DNA of 63,645 nucleotides, counting the filler, from Conidiobolus incongruus B7586 (taxonomy: Eukaryota): the NCBI GenBank assembly GCA_000697335.1. It is 7 parts of 7 records of this genome, joined end to end, with 100 filler letters (N's around TTAATTAATTAA, not from the genome) between each part and the next. Parts side by side here need not be neighbours in the genome. Positions count along the whole stretch, not along the records: positions 51,174 to 58,454 come from JNEM01006529.1; positions 58,555 to 60,315 come from JNEM01006530.1; positions 60,416 to 63,645 come from JNEM01006533.1; 4 more parts are not named here. One strand, given 5' to 3'. Position numbers and translations under genes: made by a program. Position 1 is the first letter of the stretch, and every line of letters starts with the position of its first letter. A model generated the notes under the pieces. The model was not told the DNA's origin and did no database searches. It saw only the letters and a program-made list of their open reading frames with translations. Below, piece by piece: positions 54,178 through 63,645 of this stretch.

Positions 54178-55060
54178 TTAGCTTTGCATCTTTTTAGCTT
54201 TTAACTTTCTGTAAGCTTCTATTACTCTCAATCTTTCATTCTCCATAATACGCTTATCAGCCGCTGATTGGTTGGGATTTTTAACCTATAACAATCAATT
54301 AATCATACATTATAATTGTAGTAAATTAATTTACCTTGAATTTCTGTTTAGGCACCACCAACTTGGGAGGCTCTTGAACTACTTCGCCAAATTTGACTCT
54401 GTCATTCAATTTGTTGAAATCTTTGATCTGGTTCTCCTCCTTCACCAGCTCTTTTATGATTTGCTTTTGTTCTTGACGCATTTGTTTCCTCCTATTAGTT
54501 TTATTAGTATTTTATAACAAAATATAGCAATTATTACTATTACTTTTGAGCTTTTGTTTTCAATTGCTTATTATTATGATTGAGTTGTTGGTATAGTGTA
54601 TCATTCACTCTCCTAAAAATAGAATTAGAATTCAATTAAATATCTAATAATACTGTTGATATTTACTTGTTAAAATCTTTCAAGCTTTCGTGAGGTTGAA
54701 TCTTCAAGTCCGATAATTTTGAATTCTAAAACTAATTAATTAATATTCCTTATTTATTATGAAAATTATTTACTTTATTATTATTATTATGATTATTATC
54801 ATTTTTAGTATCTTTCTTTTTATTTTTATTATTTTCATCTTTGTTATTATCTTTATTGATGTTTTTCTTATTATTCATATGGTTCATTAACCTCATAAAC
54901 TTTTTGGGAGTATCGCTGTCTCCCTGCTTGATGGTTGGTGCTAAATCAATACTAATGAATAATGTTAGAGATTGAATTTGATTAAATTTGTAATAACATA
55001 TTACTTGGTGGGTTCTTGATTAGCAGCTTCTCCAAATTTAACTCTTTTACGTTTTGTCAT
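54178..55060 (-). CDS. CCDC137-like nucleolar protein (6 exons)
   Basis: Spliced SDTPKKFMRLM, KIQPHESLKDFNKRV, VKFGEVVQEPPKL, ERLRVIEAYRKLK. Confidence 0.75.
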
Positions 55061-55145
55061 TTTATTTTATTTGATTTTTTGTTATTTTTTTTTTGAATTA
55101 AAATGAATTATTTAACCCTCAAATCGATGTTTGATTAAATGATTA

Positions 55146-55154
55146 TTATGGGAT
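55146..55154 (-). promoter_or_regulatory. ATCCCATAA promoter motif (CCDC137-like)
   Basis: About 86 bp before minus-strand ATG 55060. Confidence 0.65.
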
Positions 55155-55289
55155 TAATGTTTTATTTTGAAATAATTATTGTTTAATAGTGTATTACAAT
55201 TATTTATGTAAAATTGCTCTTTAAATAAAATCGTATTCATTTATATAATATGATTTTAAGATGTTGAATAACAATTAAAACAGAATTCT

Positions 55290-57480
55290 ATCTGTTCCTC
55301 CTCCAAATTGGGATCATTACAGTTTATCCTTATAGTTTTTATTAAATGGTACTGAAATGATCTTCCAATTCAATAAAATTATCATATATAGACTTTAGAG
55401 AATTCACGATCAATACAGTATTATACCATTCCCCTGCTAAATTGGGCATATATTGAATGAGAGTATTAAAATTATTGTGAATAATGACAAACAGGGCATT
55501 GAGTTTAGTAAACTATGAAATTTCTTTCATTTTTGTGGTAGGTAGAATTTGAATCATATTGAGCTAAATTGATCCCAAACTGTTGAAGAGTTCCACATTG
55601 AGATTGATTTTGGTTCGCGCCTTATTTAGCGTGGATTGGGGTTGGAAATCTTTAAACTTAGAGAATTGATAAACCTCTAGAAGTCTGATTATTTCTTTCC
55701 CAAATCCTAATATGCTTTGGATAAGTGGTCAAAGGTCCATGATGTCTAGGGTAGAACTATGATAAATACCATAATGATATACTTTCATACAAATTTCAAG
55801 CATCTTTTGGTGTAAGCTGAGTTGTAATCGATTGATGGATAGCTTTTGAATAATGTTGGGATCGAGATATACGGATTGGAATTTCACACCGGGTCCTAGG
55901 CATTCCTGCCACTTGCGGAACCTTTCTAAAATACCCAAACATGTTTGAACTTTGACAAGGGAAGGCTGGAAGCTCAAGTCTTGATCAATAATACCAAATG
56001 CAGGAATGACCATTCTTGCAAATTGGGTGCATGCTGCGAACAGTTGAAGATAATCTTGCGTAACGAACTCTTACAACGCTGAACTACAGCCTGATTGTCA
56101 AAGGGCTTACAAGTTGGAACACCCCAATCATCATCCGTCTTGATCATAGGGAGACTGTTCGTGACCTTGGTCATTTCCCAGTTCATGGTCCTTACTAACA
56201 CCCATAACTTTTTAATAGTTTGTTTCGATACATTCATAAAGTGATCGGACATAAAATCTTCGATCAATTCTTTTTTGCGAACTATTCTCAATGTATGAGC
56301 TAGTTTCACAGTGGTTGTTACTTTTCTAATTTTTCTTGGAATGGACGATTGCATGCTTGGTCAACGTCGCTTAATATTATTAATGCTTGAATTATATAAA
56401 TATAGTGATTGTTCAATTGGGAGCTCATTTGATACACATCCATCTTGTAATAGTAGTCGCTATAACTTACATTCTGCAAATAAAGCAGAGGAAGAGGCGA
56501 ATTCAACCAAGCGGGGCTGATAATTGCACTCTTCAAGTAATCAGGCAACGAGTTAGCAAAATTCTTAACACATCTGAAGAATTCGCCCTGATCCATGACT
56601 GGCGGAAACGTACAGCAAGGATGCAAAGTAAAATAAATCTATATCATATTTTTGGGATAGTCTTAATAATCCAAAACAATAACATTATCACTATACACCA
56701 CAATCTCGTCCTTATGGTTCCCATACTTCCACTTAGATTTGACCATTAAAATATATTGACTGTCTATTACTTTATTAACAGTTGGAAGTGTCTTACTCAA
56801 CGCTGCTTCGATAACGTTAACCTTCGATTAATTTTGCTAATGGATGTCCATTTGATGTACTATTCCTCATTGATTACATTGGAAATAGCATTGGAACAAT
56901 TGTGGTTTCTTGATTTAGATTTTTTTTAGCATTTTCTGTAGATTCATTATTGAATTTTAATGGAATTTCTCAATTATTATTGTAATTATTTAAAAATGAT
57001 TGAATAGTTGGAATAATACATGGGTTTATTCTCGTAGAAGGACTAGGGATGAAATATTTACTGTGGTAATAAGTATCATATGTTCAGTAATTATTGATAT
57101 ATTCAATATTTTCAGTTTTGATAGGGTTGGTCTGAGATTGCTGTTTTGAGTTAGAGATTAAATATACTCCCATTAATTCAGACTATACTATTATTGATAT
57201 TATCGTTTTATATTAAATATTGTTGTATTTTAAAACTAACCATCCACCCCAGTTTGATAGTTAAACCAATATTATTTTTTTAAGGTGATTTTGTCAGTCT
57301 ATAATTGAAGGATACTCTTTGTTCTCTTTGTTTTCTTTATTAGATTCTATCCAAATCCCATATCATTTATTGATTCAATTATTTAAACTAAACAGTGATA
57401 AAGATAGAGGAAGTTTTTCTTTTGGATATTCTGCTACAATGCCTCAATAATAAGTTTTCAAACCTACAGTCCTAATACAT
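55290..57480 (-). pseudogene. Frameshifted fungal transcription-factor gene (Zn2Cys6-family middle homology region-like)
   Basis: Consecutive overlapping minus-strand ORFs with frameshifts and stops; MI*IYFTLHPCCTFPPVMDQGEFF…YLKSAII…IIQALIILS resembles a fungal TF MHR. No intact Zn cluster seen; ends approximate. Confidence 0.5.
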
Positions 57481-58454
57481 TAAAGAGCAGGATTAATAAA
57501 TAATTTATAAATCATATTTTAAGTACTTTTCTAACTACAATCTTTATTTATAAAACTTAATATAAAAACACAACATTTATACTAAATATTATTGATAAAA
57601 AGTCTTTTAATATTACTAAAACTTAACCATAAACCTTTTAAAATCATTTAAGATTTAAAAATAGCTTATAAAGATAATATTTTATCTAAATTTACTATTT
57701 ATTGCTGGATATATCTCTTTAAAGCTAATAAGGTAATTATTTAATATTTATTTGAATTTAAAATATTAATTTTCATTGTTAATATTTTATTAATAAAAAA
57801 ATATATTGAAAAATATCATTAAATATCAATAAGAGAATTATTTAAATAATTTTATATTAATTATAAAATTATTTTATATATATTGATATTTTAACTTATA
57901 TTAGTTAATAATATATTAAATAAATACTTAATAATTTAACAAAGGCTAAAAAAATTGACAATAGCTATTGCTAAATATAAACTATTAAAATATTATTTAA
58001 TATAAAAGATTCTATATTATTATATTATAATTAATAAATATGTAATTCTTATATATATTCTATTATTTAAAAATATATAAAATATTGGTTTTTGCTCAAA
58101 TAACTTTTTATATTATTTTAAATAAATAAAGATTTAATTAATAATATAATATATATTATTATAATGAACTATAATATTATATATAATCTTTTTGCTTAGA
58201 TCTTAAAAGTGAATTAATTAATTTTAAAATTAATATTGATTTTTATAAATTATATTATCAAATTAAAATACATATTATAAATTAATTATATCTATTATTA
58301 TATACCTATATTATAAATCATTTAAAGCTAAACTTATAAAAAGTTGTCTAATTAAAATATAAAAACTAATATATCTTATATATTTACCAAATTATAACCT
58401 ATATAAATATAATTATTTTGAGTAATTAAAAAATATATTTATAAGCATAAAAAA
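57480..58454 (+). mobile_element. Heavily mutated mariner relic, same family as 12150-13300
   Basis: 57615-57720 aligns with the reverse complement of 13100-13190; Mos1-type HTH restorable; truncated by a gap. Confidence 0.65.
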
Positions 58455-58589
58455 NNNNNNNNNNNNNNNNNNNNNNNNNNNNNNNNNNNNNNNNNNNNTT
58501 AATTAATTAANNNNNNNNNNNNNNNNNNNNNNNNNNNNNNNNNNNNNNNNNNNNAAAGTATTAAATATCAGATTTTAATAAAAAAAACA

Positions 58590-59876
58590 ATATTAACTTA
58601 TAAAAATAATACATAAAATCAAAAACACTTATATTTTTACTAATAACTTGATTAATATTTAAAGAAATAAATTTAAATTAAATAATTAAAGTTTATTATA
58701 TTTATTAATAATATATATAATTAAATAATGGTATTTAGTTATTAATTGTTTAAAATATAAACTCTTAAATTTTATTTAAAATAAGTCATAAATTTGTAGG
58801 TTTTTGGTGATAAAAAAATTAAAACTTAATATATCTATTTTTAATTTTTTTAATTTCTTTAATTTTATAGGGTATAGAATCAATTAACTTTTTATATCAA
58901 GAAAAGTTAATTTTGTTCTATATTTCTTAAATATATTCTTAAAACTGATTTAAATTTTTTATAAGGGGGAAAATTTTAATAGTTTTTTTAACTAATCTTA
59001 AAGATATTTAATTGGGTTATAGTTAAAAAATTAAAAAAGCTATTTTATAACTATTATTTTATTATTTTTAAACTATTTGGTAGTAATAGCTATAATATAG
59101 TAAAAGATATTATTTTGTTGGAAAATAATATTAGATTTGTTTAATCTATATTATTTAATAATTTTTTTAATTTATTATTTAAAATATTTTAATATATTTT
59201 AATATTAATTCCATTATTAACTTTATAAAGATATTTTATATTTAAAGACAATATATATTTTTAAACAATAAATAACCTATCATTATATTTTTAAATAAAA
59301 TTAATATAATGTTTATAAAGTAGTTTTATATCTTTTTTAAAGTATCTAGCTTTTTTATCAAATTTACTAAAGTATATTTTTATTTCATTAAATTAAATAA
59401 CCTTACTCTAATTAATTTTAGTTCAATATTAGTAGTGACATTTAAACTCTTACCTAGCTTTATAATGGGATTTTTTTAGTTAGGGGTGTTTTTTCTTAAA
59501 ATATAAGTGGTATCTATGCTAATGTAAAATATATATAATAATATCAGTGCTAACTAATATTCTTATATAGTTTTATAGTTCTTGCTATATTTCTACAATA
59601 ATATTATATTTACCTATATTAATTAACCTATAGATATACTTCTTATCATATTCATCTATAATTTTAACACACTTAAATTTAAGTTTAAATGTTTTTTTAT
59701 TACTATTCTTAATAGCTTTAGCTATAGTAAACTAGCTAACACTAGTAATTCTAACAATATTATAAGGTAATTTACCTTCTTTATAAAGTTGATTAATATA
59801 CAAGTAGATTTTTTTAGAGAGGGATTTAGGTATATTAATACTAATAAAAAAAATTTAGTATATCTGTAAAATATAA
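58590..59876 (-). mobile_element. Tc1-like element with eroded near-full-length transposase and one long TIR (~58590-58815)
   Basis: N-terminus mirrors 60166-60315; C-terminus restorable to FQQDN…WPPQSPDCNPIEHLW; TIR homologous to 59879-60105. Confidence 0.8.
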
Positions 59877-59878
59877 TA

Positions 59879-60315
59879 CACTAACCTGCAAAAGTGAGTC
59901 ATAAAATCAAAAATATATATATTTTAATTAATAATTAAAACAATTGTATATATTAGATTACTTGAAACTATAATATATAATTAAGGTATATTATTTAATA
60001 ATAGATAAATATATTTAGATATATTTAGTAAACTATTAGCAAAAATATTAACTCTTAATATTTAACCAAGGTGAGTTATAAATTTGTGGGTTTTTGAGAT
60101 AAGGGGATATATTTAACAATATATAACCATATCTTTTTTCTCTCTTTGTTATTATTTTATATAATATTTTACAGATATACTAAATTCTTTTTATTAGTAT
60201 CATTATGCCTAAATCCCTCTCTAAAAAAATCCACTTGCACATCAATCAACTTTGTAAAGAAGGTAAATCAACTCATGATATTGCTAGAATTACTGGTGTT
60301 AGCTAGTCTACTGTA
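59879..60315 (+). mobile_element. Left end of a second Tc1-like copy (TIR plus transposase start at 60205), inserted at TA
   Basis: TA|CACTAACCTGCAAAAG terminus; MPKSLSKKIHLHINQLCKEGKSTHDIARITGVS*STV is a Tc1-type HTH; cut by a gap. Confidence 0.8.
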
Positions 60316-60415
60316 NNNNNNNNNNNNNNNNNNNNNNNNNNNNNNNNNNNNNNNNNNNNTTAATTAATTAANNNNNNNNNNNNNNNNNNNNNNNNNNNNN
60401 NNNNNNNNNNNNNNN

Positions 60416-60573
60416 GGTACAAAGCCCCATTTACAAGTGATCAAGGCCGAATAGCCAGAGATCTGATCATTGGTAGTTTACCCCAGCTGGTAGGTATCAT
60501 GTTTCACAATCTGGCCTACAGAATGGCTGTGTCAGTGTCCTCAATGACGCTCCAAGAGCTAATAACCGTGACA
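60416..60573 (+). mobile_element. LTR-like cassette A (3' part only, cut by a gap), ends CCGTGACA
   Basis: Homologous to cassettes B and D in opposite orientation; followed by GTACA. Confidence 0.7.
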
Positions 60574-60578
60574 GTACA

Positions 60579-61111
60579 TGTCGCTGTTATTAGCTCTTGG
60601 AGCGTCATCGATGATACTGATACAGCCATGGTGTAGGCTAAATTGTGGAGCATTGTGCCTACAAACTGAGGTATGTTATTGATGATCAGTTCTCTGGCCA
60701 TCCGTCCATGATTAGCATTGAATGGAACATTAAAGAGGGAGACTAGATCAGCAGCAACAGTGGCAGTATGAGGGGTTGACATGCTAAGGCAGCAGGTCAC
60801 AGAATATCAGTGGGAATGGATGTAGAACGATTAGTGGGGTAGATCTCAAATAAGCTTTATGTGGCTCTTTGAGTGCGCTCGGAAAAACGGGGTTTTTAGA
60901 GTAGAAAAATATGATTTATTTGTAGAATAGCGTTGAGAGAGGTCTCTGTAGAATTGAGGGAGCAATATTGGTATAAGTAGGTCATGATAGATTAGGAACA
61001 TGATTATAAGAACACATTTGGTTCTCGGAGCATGTGGAAGTTGGGAAATCTCGGGGTTTTGGTAGTGATGTATGAGGGAGAGAAGGTGTCAATAATATAG
61101 CAATTGTCACA
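60579..61111 (-). mobile_element. LTR-like cassette B (533 bp)
   Basis: TG…CA termini (minus strand TGTGACAATTG…CAGCGACA), flanked by GTACA at 60574-60578 and 61112-61116. Confidence 0.8.
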
Positions 61112-61116
61112 GTACA

Positions 61117-61423
61117 TGTCACAGTTCTCAGTGGCATCACCACTGAAATCATGATCTACTGCGAGTTGACACCAATCTATTACCTGCACAATTAGACCTG
61201 TACCATACACTGGTAGGTAGGTCTCTAATAAACAGAAATATGTTAAGAACAAGTATAAAGCTCACTCTAGATGTTGCACACAATAACAAGCCAAAGCTCA
61301 GTTATTGTACCAAAGGTGTTATTTATACAATAATGTTAGTAATGAAATAGCTTTATGAACGCAATATGATTCTATTAGTAGAGTATTATGAGACTTAGGA
61401 AAAATGGAGCCAGATCCGTCACA
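61117..61423 (-). mobile_element. LTR-like cassette C (307 bp, different family)
   Basis: Minus strand TGTGACGGATC…CTGTGACA; flanked by GTACA (left) and ATATA at 61424-61428 (right). Confidence 0.7.
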
Positions 61424-61428
61424 ATATA

Positions 61429-62000
61429 TATCGCCGCTATTAGCTCTTTGTGCGTCATCTTGGACACTGACACCGCCATTGTGTGAGCCAGATTGTGAAG
61501 CATGGTACCTATGAACTGAGATAGGTTACAGATGATCAGTTCCCTAGCCATCCAACAATAATTACTGGTAAATGAGGGGTTGAAGAGGGTGACTAGACCA
61601 GTAGCAACAGTGGCAGTGTGAGGATCTGACATGCTAATGAGGCAGTGTCACAGAATATCAATAGGAGTGGATGTAGAGCAAATAATGGAATATGCCTCAA
61701 GTGGAACTATAGGTGGCTACTTGAGTATGTTCTGATGCGGACTTGGGATAGGAAAAAATATTTGTTTGTAAAGAAGAATAGAGAAAAAGTGCTTTTAGAA
61801 TTGAGTGGAAAGTGTTGGCACAAGTAGGTTATGAGGAGAAATAACATGGCTGTATGAACATGTGGATATTGGGATGTCAAGGGATTAGGACCTTTAGTCG
61901 CAGCTGGTTGGGATTATTTATATGGCTTAACGGAGGTGATTGGTGATTTGGTAGTGGTTTTTGAGTGAGAGAAGGTATCAATTAAATAACAATTGTCACA
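61429..62000 (-). mobile_element. LTR-like cassette D (572 bp), diverged homologue of B
   Basis: Minus strand begins TGTGACAATTG like B; flanked by ATATA at 61424-61428 and 62001-62005. Confidence 0.75.
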
Positions 62001-62466
62001 ATATAATTATTGAAGTTCTTATTCAGTGCTTTTATACATAACTCTCAATTACAATCTCTATTTACCTTAAATCATCAAATTAATAAATCGAAACTTTTAT
62101 ATTTTATTAATAGTTTACTATTTCTCAACTTATGTTATTATTTTGTCGGAGTTTAACATTTATTATATTAGCAGGTTGTAATCAATGTTTTTAAACACAA
62201 CATGAAACAATCATGATTTCTATTTTGTACTTCAATCGCCAACAATAATAGATCCATATTTATATACAAATATATAATGATTTTAATAAATACCTTAAAT
62301 GTATAAATAATTTAGACATACTCTCTTGAATCAATGCTTATTCTTTATAAAACTTGATATGACATGTAATAAAATATCCATAGCTTAAAGTTTATATACA
62401 ATATAATCTATACAATAAACATATTGAAATAAAACCATCTTATCATTAAATCGAATTTTTAATTCT

Positions 62467-62828
62467 TCACTGAAGTGTTCTTCCTTCAGAAATTTTCTTA
62501 ATTTTGAGTCGTTTCAACTTCCTCGAAATTTGATTCTGACTCAAGTTCAATTTCTTGGATAATTGGACTGTACTGAGATTGGGAAGCCCTTTCACAGCCT
62601 TGATCAATTCATCATCTGAGACCTCCCTAGTCACTACCCTCTCATTAAATTTATCATACAAACTCCTGTCATCACTGATAAGCCATTTATATCAGTAATA
62701 AACAATACCAATTTTTAGAGAATCTTTGCCATATAAGGTACAAAGTTGATTGTGAGCTTCTTTCACTGTCACATTACTGTTGAATAGGAATAGTAAAGTA
62801 CTTCGATTGCAAATTTGTCTAACTCCAT
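62467..62828 (-). pseudogene. Short Mos1/mariner HTH-only gene, disrupted
   Basis: RSTLLFLFNSNVTVKEAHNQLCTLYGKD…VYY*YKW…SLYDK…VSDDELIKAV…LSTVQLSKKLNLSQNQISRKLK; frameshift near the ATG and a TGG>TGA stop. Confidence 0.75.
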
Positions 62829-62879
62829 TATTTTGATTATTTAATAATTTAAGCTTTATTGAAGAATTTTGTGGATGAA

Positions 62880-63645
62880 TTTAAATTTTGATTTGAAAAC
62901 TGAGGAAAAGATTTTTAAATATATTCTTAAAATTGATTTAAATCTTTTATTACAGGAAAAACTTTAATAGCTTTTTTCAACTAATTTTAAAGATATTTAA
63001 TTAAAATATGGTTAAAAAATTAAAGAAGCTATTTTAAACTATTATCTTATTATTCTTAAGTTATTTAATAATAGAAATAATAATAATTTAAGAGGTATTA
63101 TCTTATTAAAATATTATTTTATTTTTTAACTTATATTAGTCAATAGTTTTTCTTAATTTATTATTTAAAATAATTTGATATATCTCAATATTAATTTTTT
63201 TATTAACTTTATAAAAACATATTATATTTAAAGATAATTTATATTTTTAAATTTAAATAATATAATGGTCTTAAAATAATTTTATATTTTTTAAAAATAT
63301 TTAATTTTTTATATTATCCTAATATTAAAAACTAGAGTAGTTATTATGTTTTTAAAAACCCTTATTATTTAAATTAAAGAAAAAACTATTTTTATTAATA
63401 TAAGATTTATGATGATATAAACTAAATAGATTAAAAATTAATTATAAAAGAGTTTAGATAAAATACAAAAATATATCATGTAATTAAATCAATATATGAC
63501 ATTTTTTAATTAAATTTATTAAAATATATTTCTATTGTATTAAATTAAATAATTATATTTTGGTTAATTTTAATTTAATTTTAATAGCAATATTTAAATT
63601 TTTACTTAAGTTTCAATAATTTTTCTTTAATTAAAGGTTTTTTTT
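62880..63645 (-). mobile_element. Tc1-like transposase relic running off the window end
   Basis: 62915-63250 is homologous to 58930-59265. Confidence 0.7.

Noticed and set aside
60416..62005. True CRISPR array or integron interpretation of the cassette stack
   Set aside because: Repeats are only 5 bp, units are 300-570 bp, no cas or integrase gene is nearby, and the context is eukaryotic; the resemblance is architectural only.
1..63645. tRNA, rRNA or snRNA genes
   Set aside because: None recognised by eye; a covariance-model scan would be needed to exclude small RNAs.

Overview
Very AT-rich eukaryotic scaffold with short GT-AG introns and six N-gaps carrying a TTAATTAATTAA linker. The gene content (Con7-type TF, CDK10, MTA1c p2-like, bacterial-type CAP protein) suggests an early-diverging fungus. 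An entomophthoralean such as Conidiobolus is my inference, not proven. The window holds about 17 apparently intact genes: moaC, a convergent pair of C2H2 paralogues, CAP, CDK10-like, RKI1, CON7-like, a small Cys-rich secreted protein, divergent CKS1, SH3BGR-like, NOP13-like, BUD21-like, DBP9, SCP2, MTA1c p2-like, NUS1 and CCDC137-like. It also holds several decayed host-gene copies (PTPA, PIN-domain, fungal TF) and many transposon relics eroded by C>T/G>A changes: a complete chromodomain Ty3/Gypsy nested in a Tc1, several Tc1 and mariner copies, and solo LTRs. Four observations stand out. (1) At 60.4-62.0 kb at least four LTR-like cassettes are stacked at one site, separated by the same 5-bp GTACA/ATATA repeat. 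(2) There is a RIP-like transition signature in a probable non-Dikarya fungus. (3) An oriented promoter motif ATCCCATAA lies about 77-93 bp upstream of most housekeeping genes. (4) There is a probable p2 subunit of the 6mA methyltransferase complex. All calls come from manual reading and recalled family motifs; no searches were run.
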